Below, piece by piece: positions 26,144 to 40,590 of a stretch of DNA of 58,425 bases. The notes under the pieces were generated by a model. That model was given only the letters and a program-made list of their open reading frames with translations. It did not search any database and was not told where the DNA came from. The translations under genes were made by a program, and so were the position numbers. Position 1 is the first letter of the stretch. Every line of letters begins with the position of its first letter. The stretch covers positions 481,647-540,071 of the forward strand of contig WELA01003449.1 in NCBI GenBank assembly GCA_009602735.1, written 5' to 3'. This DNA is from Mesotaenium endlicherianum (taxonomy: Eukaryota).

Positions 26144-26577
26144 TGAAGCGATACGAACGAAAAGGTAGCTCGAGGTACTTAGATTGCGCGCCAATTGTAC
26201 TTATACAATTCAAGCCGACACTTCCGGTCGCATCCGCGACGTATTGCACGCGTTGCATCCGGCCACGCCGCGGATCGCTACACTCCTCCCACCTACAAGT
26301 GTGCACGTCCCAAGCACTCAGGCCTCGGCAATGCGAAGGACGTTGTTTTGGGATAGTGTCCTTTCTTTGTACAATCCAAAGATCGCCGTAGGGTTGTACC
26401 ATCGGCGAGTTTCGCACCCCGCGGGATTTGAACCCTCGTCTCTTGGACACGGTTGCATACGTTCGCGCTCCGATACCAATTTAGCGATACGAACAAAAAG
26501 GTAACTCCAGGTACTTAGATCGCGCGCCAATTGTACTTGTACATTCAAACCGACACTTTCAGTCGCATCCGCGACGT
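26144..26577 (-). mobile_element. TRIM-like miniature LTR retrotransposon
   Basis: 139-bp 3' terminal repeat 26144-26282 (tgaagcga...tcgctaca inverted ends), PPT 26283-26293 (minus GGTGGGAGGAG), PBS 26467-26478 and a truncated second repeat ~26480-26577; no coding capacity. Confidence 0.8.
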
Positions 26578-27339
26578 GTCGAAAATAAATCAAAAAATAT
26601 GGTCATAGGCGTGTTACGAAGTATGAGGATACGGAGCATTACAATGCGTACGATTTAGCCAAAAGAGGCTGTACGGGCGTATTTTAAAATTAGGCTAGCA
26701 ACTATCACCTAGCTGGTGATGCCAGGTAGAAATATTTATAATTCTTTCGGATACCAAATCCCACATAAACTATGAACAACTCATTTGGGCAGATCTTACA
26801 AAAATCTCTTATTTAACAAATATTTACCAAGTGCGCACATGCACACATTCAAGATTCGCCACATACTCTCACGAGGCAAATCAAACAAGATTTCCAAACA
26901 TCGTAATGTTCTTCCATAACCAGTTGCCAGCTTCAAAGCTTGATCAAAGGGTGGGGGCCAAACGGCAAATGGTTCACTCAAAAAGTTCTCTTTTCAACCT
27001 TTAGCAATCTTTTTGGGACAATCAAGTCGCCCCCCAAGTTCATCTTCACTCGGGACGAACTATGTCTCCTATCCACTTTATACAGGAAAAAAAAGTAACC
27101 TCAGTCTAATGCAAAGTCACGTATAGAGCTCTAGCATTGACCCGATACAATCACCAAGTATGCAAGCACAACACACTCAAATCTGTACTTAACAAGCATA
27201 CATTTCACCTTAGACTCAATACCAAGTGTTTGTACAAGTATATTCTTAGACTTAGTACAAGTATATGCTTACTCTATATGCAAACCCCCATACAATATCA
27301 CTCATTGCATGAGTACTAACCAACTACTAAACCCTAAAG

Positions 27340-28670
27340 CGCATGACATACTCCTGAATGCTTCCTTGAAGGCAAATGGATCTCAAGCGGTAGCCTCGAG
27401 TGGAATAGTCTAAATTTGCCTCGTCAAGCCTTGAAAGAGTTGAAATTATAGCAGAAAATTCTAACGACTACTCTCGCTCATACCTAGCTCCATTACTCTT
27501 CCTCAACAGAATGTTAACATAGGCAACTTGCTTGTCATGCATGAGCCAAAATATTCCATAATTTGAAAATTTCAAAAAATCAGAAACAGGCGGCAATCCA
27601 CGCTCTCTAATATAAAATTTTGGCTTGGGCGCCCTCACTCCCAATGCAGGTGGAGTAATACCAGATGAACATGGATTGGTCGCATAGTAGGTGCAGATGT
27701 CAAACTCAGTTTCTCCAAACACAGCTAGCACTACTCTTTCCACTTTCTCTTTTTCCAATTGCATTTGTCATCTCCCTTAGGATCGCCTGCCAATCTCTCC
27801 ACTTTTTTTTTCTCCACATGCATTTGCTTGCATCTCCTGCATGTTGCTCACTTGAAAATTGTGGCACTTTCTACTCCACACATCCAACTTGCTCGAGGTG
27901 CTCGCGTCCTCCGATTGCCGAATGCGACTCCCTAAATATAATATGCAAACCATTCTGCTCCAATACAAAATAAAAGGGGCAGAGTGCCGTAGTGGAAGCG
28001 TACTAACTTACGAGGAACCAAACTAGTTGCAATTTCACTCAAGAGTGCAGCGGCATATTAGTAAGGAAGGTTTGCAAAAATACTGAAAGTATCAAGAAAG
28101 TGCTCACAAAAGAAATAGAGTAGAAAGTGCTTACGTTAGGAATAGTATAGAAGGACTTGTCATTACGTACCCGTAAAATTACATAGAAGTGAAAATTGAC
28201 TAGTAGCGAAGAGCTTATGCCTATTCATTATTTACTACAACGACCACTCACCTTGTGCGGGGGCCCGCTTAGCGGTGAAATTTTGAAGAGAATTGGTCAA
28301 TTTGCCCTCTCATGAAATTTTGAGAATTTGCCCAATCAGTCTAATTTAACGTCTCGGGTCAATTTAACGTCCACATACATTGTACAAACTTTTCTAGATA
28401 GTCTATTTTAGGCGCGCTAGGCTAAAGTGGAAATTCCAGGTAATTCGCCGAACTTCACGTTAGCCAAACTTACGTGAAGGTTCAAATTCAGTCTAGCGAC
28501 CAAGATCGTTCCTCGCTGTTAGTCGATCCGACGATCACAATCACCACAAATCCACGAAAGGCGTTAGACGACCTAATAAGTAAAACTTTAAGAACTAAAA
28601 CTTTCTCAACGTTTATCCAAATTTGAGAAACTTTTTATCATATTGAACATATAAATGCATTGACCTTACA
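27340..28670 (-). mobile_element. Decayed 5' fragment of family A (LTR 27971-28670, mutated PBS, gag remnant)
   Basis: taaaaggggcagagtgccgtagtgg...tgaccttaca is a diverged LTR A; gag remnant GVRAPKPKFYIRERG matches [15 protein letters not shown] of the intact copy. Confidence 0.88.
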
Positions 28671-29368
28671 GCTAGTCAATAGACATGCTAGTACACTAAA
28701 TATATATGCGTGTGTGACTAGGTAGACCATGGATCATGACCCCGTGCATTGAATCCGCGCCTAACCCGCTGCTTTTTCAGGAGTAAACATCCCATAGAAT
28801 GCATGTAGGAACCTTCAAAAAGTCCTTTATGGCAAGTTGTAAGAGTTATCATGTATTTTTTGAACCATTTGTCTTTTTGAGTAAAGCAATCCGGCCTCTT
28901 CCAGGCCGCTTTCTAGGCACTTGAAAAACTTCACAATTGATGAGCAAAGTCACAGCTTACTTCCCTTGCGGGGACTACTCTAAAAAGGTCATACCGCTAT
29001 TAGTGTTCTTTAGGGTTGGATACCTCATTAGTTGTTCTTTTACAAGTTTTTTTCTTGAGGTGCACACTTTAATTAGTACAAATTTTTTGATAGGAGCATA
29101 TAAACATTTGCCCCTGTTTTTGGCCACAAGGCCACATGTATTTCAGACCTCATTGCAGTAAAGCCTGCTGACCATACTTGTATTGCCTAACACTGCTGAT
29201 GCACGCCCAACCTCTTCACGCACGACACCACTGCCAACTTGGCCAGCCAACTCATGCCTAATGTACACCGGTTTTAATTTTACCCAACAACCATTGCCGC
29301 CTTCCTTGCTGGCCAATGACTCCACTGGTACCGTCCTGCTCACTAGCCGTGCTCACTAGCCATCCAGG

Positions 29369-29480
29369 CTCCACTATTGTGCATTTGACTAATAAGTGAT
29401 GGGAACCAGGTACTTGCTCAGGACTATTGTGCATTTCACTACATGCATGGTGGGAGCCAGGTACTTTCTCAGGCTCCAGT
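29369..29480. repeat. ~50-bp tandem duplication
   Basis: actattgtgcattt...ggga(a/g)ccaggtactt(g/t)ctcagg occurs twice. Confidence 0.6.
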
Positions 29481-30268
29481 ACCACTCCCTAACATGGTCA
29501 GCCCTGCCTACACTTAGCCACGCTGTTCCCTAGCCAGGCCCTACTCCCGTCTCAGCCAGTCAACCAATATTCTACCCTACTATGCATTGAATTACACGAC
29601 TCTTAACACGAGACAATGACTCTTATGGCTACTGACAGCCAGTCTCTCAACTATTACACACAACTAAAAGAAAGGACAATCATAGATTGCCTATGAACTC
29701 AAAAGTTTGCCTAAAACTATTGTCTGTATCAAAATTTTGAACTTTGAGTTGACTACCTAACAAGGATGTGGCCACAACAATTCAACTGAGTTTGCAAAAT
29801 TGGGCGCTGTGTTGCATTTATGTCTTTGCTCGTCAGCTTTACTTTCAATTGGAAGCAAGTTGTGCTTTTTGCATATTAGAATACCTCAAGTGCTTAAATT
29901 TGTGGGGGCACGCCAAGACTCGTATAGCAACTTCGTGACAAGTGTAGATTGCGTGCAACAACACGAGGTTGCAACCGCAATCTATCTATTGTTAGAAAAC
30001 ATGCGTACGCGAAGGGATGGGGCAAGAGCAGAGAAGAAGCACCCCTTATCTTCGCTTTCGCGTGTTACAAGCTCCATATGCACCGCTGGGGAGCAGCTTA
30101 TCACGGCACTCGGCCCAAGCAACTCGCACTAGAGTTGGGGCCTTGAGGGCTGTAGGGGCAACGTGCAGCTTGCAGGTGACCAATTTGAAGAACTTCCAAC
30201 ATCATTGGAAGAGGCTACAAATTACTTAGTGTAAGACCTAAAGGCCTAGAACCTCCCCCCCTTGGCGC

Positions 30269-30980
30269 CTACTGTAAGGAGGTTGTTGCAAGGTCGGCTG
30301 ACATGGCCGACGAGATGCCGTGCACTTTTAGAATGTCGGGTGTGGCGGCCTTGGCCCTCTGCGTCTCCAGCACCACCACCTGTTGGAAGGGCACCACGCA
30401 AGCGGAGAGTGAGCATGCCACCTATCGGAGTTCGCTGTTCATACGCGTCCCGTCTCCCAAGTGATCAGCATAAAATCACATTCATATAAATTTCAATGTC
30501 ATCAGCCTAGGTTTCTTAAAAAAGTGCAGACAGGGTATGAATGTGAGAACAAAGGTCCTGTTGAGGTCTACTTTTGGGGCTTAGGGGTTGAGCGTTAGGA
30601 GTTGGCGGACGACGTGCACGTCCCTCCCCTGGCACTTGTGAACCTCAAGTAACTGGGCATATGGTAGGCCGCGTGTGCACATTGCTGCGAGAGAGTAAGA
30701 GTGCAGGTCAAGAACTACTAGTGCCATGGGTTGGTCGTGCCAAGTCCCAGCAGCACACACACACACACACAGGCACACACACGCACACAGCTGGGAGTCG
30801 TGGCTACAAGCAGCAGGGGAAAGCGCCACTTGGCAAGAGCCAGCCTGCAGTACCTGCTGGTACTCGAGCTCGAATTGGAGAAAGGGCTCCGTACACGTGT
30901 CCACCATGGACACCAGATGCCTCAGGTTTCTGACAGGTGTCCCGTTGAATCCTAGGAGCTGCACACCGGGGGGGCGAGGG

Positions 30981-31064
<84 letters not shown>

Positions 31065-31078
31065 NNNNNNNNNNNNNN

Positions 31079-31127
<49 letters not shown>

Positions 31128-34100
31128 GTCCAAATGAGGTTGTGTGAGCATTGGCTGGCTAGAGCGCCGCTGCGTGCACCATGACGTCCTGCATGTTGGC
31201 ACATTTGAGAATCTGAGGTACTCAGGCGCATTGGCGTGGTGACTTGGAAGGACGCTCACGTGGAGTTCTTCTACAATCGAGCTCGTCAAAAGTTCTCATG
31301 AAAAAAACATGAAGCACACAAAGGTGAAGGAAAGAAAAGCGCGCACACGTGCGCCCAAGTGTGCGTGCATAGCTAATACTGACAGCGCTGTCAGTATGCC
31401 AATGCCATTTGCAAAGGCGAGGGGACGTCCTCCTATCTTGCAGCAGTGCCAGTAGAGCACCGCAAAAAGCTTATAATGGGGATGGGGGGGCAGCATGCAG
31501 CGACTGACAGGTGTCGCCACCAACACCACCATTGACAACCAGCTCAGCACCCACACGGACCTGCGTGTTGACGATATCCTCGTATCCGATATTGACGTCC
31601 GACACAAGCACCTGAAGGGACCCCCCCCCCCCCCAAAAANNNNNNNNNNNNNNNNNNNNNNCCCCCAAAAAAAAAAAAAACCACACACACACACACACAC
31701 AGGCGGCCATGTTAAGAGAGGTCCCCGATCTCCTCCCGCTCCGCAAGAGGAGAGAAGAGAGGCAAGAAGGCAAAAATAATGAACAGCCGATGCAGGCACC
31801 CTCTGCAGGGAGGGCTCGGGCAACGGGACCGAAACCGCCCAGCGCCAGGTGGCAAGCCCCGCGGCAGGCACCGTGACAGGTGGCACGCCGGCTTCCCGGC
31901 GGACGACCGGCAGCAGCATCATCATCACCGTCATCATCGTCATTTGCAACAGCAGCAGCAACACGGTAGCAGGAGAGACAGCGGCAGCAGCAGCAGCAGC
32001 AGCAGCAAGCAACAGGGAGTGGGGGCCTGTAGGAGGGGGAGGTAAGGGAGGGGAGAATAGGTACAGGGCCCAGGGGGCCGGGACGGGGAGCGGGGCGGGA
32101 GAGCGGGGAAGGGAGACCGAGCACCTGGGAGACGACAATGACTTGCTCGTCGTCGAACTGTGCCATGGCGTGCATGAGCTTGTCCAGCAGCTTCACAGGC
32201 GCGTCGTAGTCGTACTCCTTCCCGTACTGCTCCCACCCTCCCCTCAGGAGAGAGGAAAGAAGAGGCGAGGTAGGAGAAGAGACAGGAGAGCAGAGGAGAA
32301 AAAGGAGCACGCGTTTATCAGCACGCAAGCAACCACAGCTTGCCACATCGTCTTCGTCGGCAGCAGCACATCAGCCACCGCAAAAGGGTCACAGGAGGAG
32401 ACGGCAGGCAAAGCTACAGACTTCAAGGTCCTCCTGGGTCCGCTGTTGCTACTTAAGATACTGAAATATCCTGTGCCAAAGTGTTAAAGACACGCGGCGT
32501 GTTGTCATGCATCCTACCAAACGTGGTAGTACAAGTCCCCTGTGCAGACAAGAAAGCACGCGCGCCCATGTGTGTGTGTGTGTGTGTGCGTGTGTGTCTG
32601 TGCGCGTGCGTGTCCGAGCGCCGCCCCGTGTGTGCATGCGCCTGTGAGTGCGGGACATTGCAGACCATGGTGAGCATCAGTATATCCCAGGAGGGCGCAC
32701 CTCCGCACGCCCGCGCGTGCAGGTGCCACTGCGTGCATGTGTTTGTGAACGCGTGGATTGTTTCAGCCAAGGTGAGCGTAAAGGAGTTCTAGGAAGGGCG
32801 CACCTCTGACTTCAGGTAGGGCACGGACACGGGTGTGAACACGACCCCGGCGACGATGAAGAACGAGGGCGGCCGGCCCCGCGTGTGCACGGGGATCAGC
32901 CGCCGGTGCGCTGCCAGCTGGAGCTCCAGGCTGACGACACGCGCACGCCTCAGCACCCTCAGCGTGGCCCTGTCCCCCACGTGCTTCTGGGACACCAGGT
33001 AGCTGAAGTTGATGCGCTCGCCATTCCGAAACAGCACTGCGCTCCCATGCCAACACACACATCGTTCCCCGGCCCCCCCTTGAATATTTCTGTTAAGAAG
33101 AGAGAAGATCCAGACCCCATTCCAGCCACAGGGGGGGTACTGAGGGCGCCCCTCATCGGTTGTGAATTGTTTTTTTTTGAAAAAATTGAGTAAGTGCAAA
33201 GAGGGTTCTTGTTAAAGACTGAGTACGAACTGTCTGTGCGCAGGCATGGACGCGTTCGTGCCCGAGTGTGCGCGTGCAGAAATACACACGCATGCAGCAA
33301 CACGCACACCTGCACGCAGGCACACGGGCACACGAGCACGGGAATACAGGCTGAAAGGGGAGAGACAGAGCACAACAAAACGGGCACGAGCCACACCACC
33401 ACCACCACCACCACCACCATTGCCAGCCCCCATCTCCTGGCAACCCCCACCCATCGTAAGCACGGGCAGCCAAAACCAGCAATAGCCAGGAGGCGATGCA
33501 GCGCAAGGCGAGGCGAGACGACACGAGCGCTCCTCCCCCGCTTGCTCGCCCCCCGGCTTGCTCGCACGCTGCCCTCACACACTTGCTTGTGGCTTCCAGC
33601 GCACACTCCCTTGCTCGCTCGCTCGCTCGCGGGGCAACACCTGTCCCGTCGTCGGCCACGTTGACGCCGTCGAAGCTGAGGATGACATCGGACGGCTGCA
33701 GTACGGCCGCCGCGGGCGCCGTGGGCTCCACGCGGCGCACGCGCACGCCCTTCTGCTGCGGGGCCAGCCCCAGCGCCTTCTTCAGGTCGGGGCTCTCCAT
33801 CTTCTGCCACTCCACCCCCAGGATGGGAAAGCCTGCTCCCCCTTGCAGCCCCCCCCCCCCCNNNNNNNNNNNNNNNNNNNNNNNNNNNNNNNNNNCCCCC
33901 CCCCCCGGGGAAAAGAAAAAGCCCAAAGTTATGGATAAAGAGATCGAGAGAGGACCGAGATTAGTTTCAGTATGAGGGCTTGATTAATTGCAAGTGCAGC
34001 GCCCCCAGAAGAGAAGAAGAAGGAGGAGAAGAAGGAGAAAGAAGGAGAAGGAAAAAGGCTTCAACAAGATACTTGAAGCGGGATGGAGTAGGTACATGCA

Positions 34101-35085
34101 GGCACGCCGAGGATCAAAAAGCACAAGACAGGAAGGGAACAACAACAGCAAGAAGAAGGAAGTGACCAGCCTAGGCCCCTGTCGCTCCCCCACCTGTGTA
34201 GCTGCCGTTGCGGTCGACGTCAGCCGTGAAGTGCAGGATGACGGGCGTGGGGATGATGTACCCGATGTTCTCCACATCTTCGTGCTTCAGCGACTGGAAG
34301 GCGATGCCCACGCACCGCCCGCGGTCGTTGAACGCCGCGCCGCCCGAGTTCCCTGCGTTCACCGCCGCGTCGATCTGCACACAAGCGTGCAAGCACGCAT
34401 GCGTGTTTGTGTGAGCATACGTGTGTGCGTGCGTGTGCATGCCTGTGGGCATGCATATGTGTGTGTTTGCATGTGATGTGTGTGCGCGCGCGCGTGTGTG
34501 TGTGTGTGTGCGCGCGTGCCCGCGCGCTTGTGTGTGTGTGTGTGTGTGTGCCTGTGTGTTTCACGCAGATGCGTGTCTGCATCTGTACAGCCTGCGTAAT
34601 GTATACGTACACACGTGTAACTACACATATTATTGAACACATAAAAAATCAGAGGAAGGCAGGCAGGGGAATGGTCGGGCACTCGTTGTCTTGTTGTGTA
34701 CGTTATGCTGGATTGGCAGCGGAGCCTTTTTCTGAGACACCTGTCACCATTGCATGCTTGCTGACCTGGCACAGCTGGTATGCCGTCTCAAGCGTGCACA
34801 TGCACCTTTGTTTCAAATGGTATTCTCATGGAGTAGTTTTTGTCACTCAAGATATGCGTTTGTCCGAGTACACGGCAAGGCCGTTGGTCTAGCTGTGAGG
34901 CACGAGAAAGCGAGTAGATATACAGGCCTAGACTCACAGCATGCGCACACACAGCACATGCCCACACGTGCGCAAGCACACCCACATGCACACGCATGCA
35001 CACACAGAACACACGCGCAAACGCACTCACACATACACACACATGCACACATACACAAATGCACACCCGCACACATGCGCGCGCG

Positions 35086-35132
<47 letters not shown>

Positions 35133-36429
35133 GCACGCCGAGCAGCTCTGTGGCGCCGTGCACATACGCCGTCACCTCGATGCGCGACACGACGCCACTT
35201 GTCACCGAGATGGTGTCCCCCCCGACAGGGTAGCCCACGACAGTGACGGCGTCCTGCAGGCGCGGCAGCGCGCCCAGCTGGAGCGGGACCACGTCGCTCC
35301 AGAACGCGTCATCCTGCACCGTCAGCATCGCTGCTTGCCAGCTCGTGCGGTAATCCCCACGACGCAGCCCCCGCGCAGCCCGTGGCAAAGTTTGAACAAT
35401 TTTGTTTCATTCCGCCCACATCCCAATGCCAGGTTCGGATTCAAATCCCATACTTCCGTTCCTCGGACTTATCGTGAGGGTACACCCAGCCCCCGAGCCT
35501 GGGGGATAGGAATCCGTGTCTGTGGCTATGTGAGCAGCTATGTGCAGCAGCGTGTGATGATGCCAGGTGTCGCTTGCTGACAGGGGGTGTGACAGCAGAG
35601 GGCGTGCACACGTCCCCCTAGAATCTCGTTCGCGTAAAGCTGCAATGTGATAAGCTGATGCAAGTGGTCAGCCAATTGGATACCGTCAAGGTGTCGTCAA
35701 GTCAAATACAAGATTCCCATGTGTTCCATCCAATGCATAACAGAGGAAGCTTTAGGAATCAAGCGGAATCAAATCAGCAGAATTCAAGCCTTATTGGGGC
35801 CAGTCGTACTTCGTCAGGAATAAATGATGACGTTGACGTCCATTGGCGACTTCCTGGAAGGTTTAATTATAGAAGCATACAGAGGGCAGCAATGCCGAGT
35901 GTCACTATATCGAGGTCCTTCCCATCCGTAAGAGTGCAAGCACGTACTCGAACAAAGTGCGTGAAGGCTGCGACACACGTGTGTGGTTGTGTAAACACAG
36001 GTGGCCGGGAGCGCTAGCTACGGCTGCCACATGGCGGCACCAGGCTTAACTGAAGGCATCAGCCTGGTCTTAAGGGGAATCAGTAGCAGCCACCATGGAG
36101 CATTCTTTTGAGAGGGCCAATCCGAGAAGCGTGTATGTTTGTGCATATATACATATGATATACATTTGTATATGCATATGATATACGTGTATTTATGAGA
36201 ATCTATTTATTGGTGTACATCCACATACATACAAAATATGAATCAATGGCAGGTGAGTTTGTGGTATAAAGGTAGATAGTAATTCTTACACAACAACATA
36301 GTGAATAATCCACACAGGCATAGACACACACATCACTATACAGACACACATACATGTATGCATCCAAATACATACAGACGCACAACACGTACAACTACAC
36401 GTAGACATTTACATTGACAGAGAGAAAGA

Positions 36430-36488
<59 letters not shown>

Positions 36489-36532
36489 CTGCCTCCCCNN
36501 NNNNNNNNNNNNNNNNNNNNNNNNNNNNNNNN

Positions 36533-36610
<78 letters not shown>

Positions 36611-37099
36611 ACAGCGACAGGCTCCGCCCGCACCTATGTCGCACTCGGCCCCCACCGCCAGCACCGTGGCCAGGTACTTGGTGTCGCACCCGCGCCGCTT
36701 CACCTTTACCTGCGACTGGTGCTCCACGCAGTGTGCGCTCGTCAGCACGCGCCGCCCCGCCACAATGAAGCCACTGCTGCTCGAGCTGCTCTTGCTCTCC
36801 CTCCCACAAGCGCGCGCGCGCACATGCCAGTTGCACCACGCACAGAGAGGCCCAGACAAGCAGCGCAGGGGGGGGGGGGGGGGNNNNNNNNNNNNNNNNN
36901 NNNNNNNGGGGGGGGGGGGGGGGGGGAGGGGATGTGTCATGAGCTTTGGTGCTCTCTGGACGGAGGCGGGCTACTGAATATTTTTGTATCTATATACATG
37001 TACATATGTATGCATACTATGTATATGCACACGCACACATACATATGTATACATACATTCATACATGTAAGGAACATGTACAAGCACATGTGTGCGCAT

Positions 37100-37137
<38 letters not shown>

Positions 37138-38267
37138 CGCGCGCGCACACTGCACATACATCACGCGTGCCCAAGCACACCCACCCACATGCAGACGCTC
37201 GAGAAGGCCGAGCAAAGCAGGACAAGCACGGCCACCTTTTGAGCCAATTCTGCACCCACGCATGTCCTCAAAATCGGGAGTCTGATTGGTCCCTTGCGAA
37301 GGTCCTCTTCGAGACAATCTCGAGAAGAAAGGCTGGTGAGGTCATCATCGACTTGTAGTGCACATCATCTCCCACGCGGAAGTGCTCCTCATGTGTGTGT
37401 TCTTCTTTGTCGGTTGGTGTATTTGTTCATATATATATATACATATACATGTGTGTATGTTTTTTTTCCCCTTTTCTCCCCGCAGACGAGGAGCATGGCT
37501 GCCAGGTTTGTTTTTGGGGCAGCTCTCTGGAAGTGATGGTGACTGTCTGTTTGACCGCGTGTTGCGGGCAGCCCAGGGAGCGCTGCAGGGGCAAGCTAAG
37601 CGCGCGAGCCCACACAAATTGATCAAAAATAAACGCGGTCTTAAGATGGTTGGCATTGGCCCGTAAAGTCACCAGCTGACAGATTGTAGACGTGCAACAT
37701 TTATGGACGGAAGCATAATATGTAAGATAAATTGACTCCAAAGGCAGGTAATATCCCCGTGACGAAACAGCTAGTGGTTCTCCATCCGTTTCAATGATGT
37801 TGAAACTGTCTACTTTTTATGAAGTTGTGTACTTGTGATTGTCCTCCGGGATGAATACTACAATCAGTAAGGAGGAAGGAAGAGCCACAGGAGGGGGAGG
37901 GGGGNNNNNNNNNNNNNNNNNNNNNNNNNNNNNNNNNNNNNNNNNNNNNNNNNNNNNNNNNNNNNNNNNNNNNNNNNNNNNNNNNNNNNNNNNNNNNNNN
38001 NNNNNNNNNNNNNNNNNNNNNNNNNNNNNNNNNNNNNNNNNNNNNNNNNNNNNNNNNNNNNNNNNNNNNNNNNNNNNNNNNNNNNNNNNNNNNNNNNNNN
38101 NNNNNNNNNNNNNNNNNNNNNNNNNNNNNNNNNNNNNNNNNNNNNNNNNNNNNNNNNNNNNNNNNNNNNNNNNNNNNNNNNNNNNNNNNNNNNNNNNNNN
38201 NNNNNNNNNNNNNNNNNNNNNNNNNNNNNNNNNNNNNNNNNNNNNNNNNNNNNNNNNNNNNNNNNNN

Positions 38268-38312
<45 letters not shown>

Positions 38313-39851
38313 CCGCCATCCTTGCTCCAGAAATAAGAAAATATGTATGAGTACACCAGACGCTTGTCAGAATGGGGAGAACGCTTATAAGTAGCGACCA
38401 ACACTCAGGCACTCAGCCCGCCACAGCCCAGACCTCATTCTGTAAGAACACATCATTTTCCTGTAGCTTGGTGGAGAGCATAGAGCTGGAGGTCACGCGC
38501 TCAAAGTTCCACAATCGAACACTTGTCGAGTTTCCGCTTCCCACGCCCGCCATCGAAGGTGAGCAGGAACGAGCCCGAAGGCAGAGCACAACCTTTCCTA
38601 AGAAGTAGCTGGGGAAAATTGCCATGATGGGGCCATGGATAAGATGAACTCGAGAAGGGGGGGCACGCACACACACATGCGCACACGCATGCGCGCACAC
38701 AAACATTAACATACGCATGCACACTCACACGCACGCACGCACGCACACTCTCACACAAAGGCACATGCACACGCATGCACGCACACACACACACATGCAC
38801 ATACGCACAAATACGCACACGCGCACACACACACACACACAAACACAGACACACACACACACACACACACACACCCGCACGAACGAACGCACACACACAC
38901 GCACTCACACACCTGTACTGCCGCTTGCGCTGCCAGGGCAGCGAGTAGTTGGGCTCCGTGTGGATGCACAGCACCTTCACCACCGCGTCCAGGGCGGCCT
39001 CTCGAGCGCCGTCCTCCTCCTGGCCCAGCTCCTCCTGCTCGCGCTCGCGCGCGCTGACGTGGCTGCGCGTGAGGCTGCCGGGTGGCGGCAGGGCGAGGGC
39101 CGCCTCCGCCGAGGAGGCGCCTGGCTGAGCTGGCGGCAGCGGGGTGGCCGGGGAGGGGGACGTACGCACGCGGGGCGGGCGGCCTGGGAGAGGTGGCGGC
39201 GACAGGTGGCAAGACACAGCGCCCGAGAGGGGGTGGTGTGGAAGGTGAGTGCAGGACAGAGAAAAGAGGCGTGTGTGATTTGCACGTGTACGACTCAGGG
39301 AGGTCGCGACAAATGTCAGTCTGGATTCAGTGACTGCAATTTAGAGACTCGAACTCGGATTCATCGAGTGAATCTTAGGACTGAAGCATTGAACGACGAG
39401 AGAGGTAGAGATCTAGAGTGCGGAGGATGATGGCGGCAGAACTGACCACGCAGAGAGAACGTAGAGGATAAAGAATCGGGGCTGAGAACGAGCACGACAA
39501 AGCAGCAGGGCATGGAGTGTCTCTTAGGGGCATAAAAACTTGGGTGTTCTCTTTATATCATATTACAATACTAATACTATATTAACGTATCAATGATGAG
39601 CCTTATGAAGAGGAAAGATTCGAAACAGGAAGGGAACAGCGAATAGAGGAAAAATATGGCCCCACACACCCCCCTCACAATACATATTCCCTCCCTCTCT
39701 CTTCCCCCCCCTCTCCCCTCCGCCAAAAAAGGCATATATGCGAAAGCATCACAAGTGTCTCCCACTCTGTCACTATGTTAGAGCCTGCTTGTGTCTCTAT
39801 ATGGACCTCTCCCTCCCTCTCTCTCTGTGGGGTAGGGGGGGGGGGCGATCT

Positions 39852-39900
<49 letters not shown>

Positions 39901-40559
39901 CACGCACACGCCCTTGCACTGCAATTTCTTTTATTTTTTGTGAGAAACGTGCACTACAATTCCGCAACATACCAAATATGTCGAGAGACACTGTCTACCT
40001 GGCACGAATGTGATTACTTGTAGACATATACGCGCGCGCGCGCGTGTGTGTGTGTGTGTGTGTGTCTAAATGCATTGCGTGTGCATGTGTCGTGCTGCAG
40101 CGATGCGGCAACCTCCACATCTCCCATCGTGCTACAACGCACCTTAATAACACAATACATACATGACACTACCAAACGAATTCAAGCCAAATCTTTGAGA
40201 GAAGAAAAACTCCCCCACATTTTGTCCCTTCACCTACACCCGAATAATACTTCACACATAATCTCACCAACATCGCAAAATGTGCAATGTTTAAAAAACC
40301 CCAGCTGGATATACCCAGGTTGAAGGCAGTGCAAATGAAATGTCGGGCACTAAGCCCATAGAATTAGATAAGTGTTATTTTGTGCGAGCAGTCCTTCCGA
40401 GAGTAAGGAGCGTCTTCCAAGCCCCCCCACTCATCTTGCAACGCTCTGACATGAAAAGTTCCTCGCAATTTCCATTTCACAGCCCAATTCAACACTCCAA
40501 CTGTCTGTCTGCAATGCTTTGATATTTGGAAAATCCCTATGTTCTGATGTTCACACAGA

Positions 40560-40590
<31 letters not shown>

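Noticed and set aside
26144..26577. Direct repeats with an intervening sequence as a possible CRISPR array or tRNA gene
   Set aside because: Only two long units with a PBS and PPT; no cloverleaf could be drawn beyond a T-arm-like hairpin.
37905..38267. ORFs spanning the long N run
   Set aside because: Assembly gap artefact.
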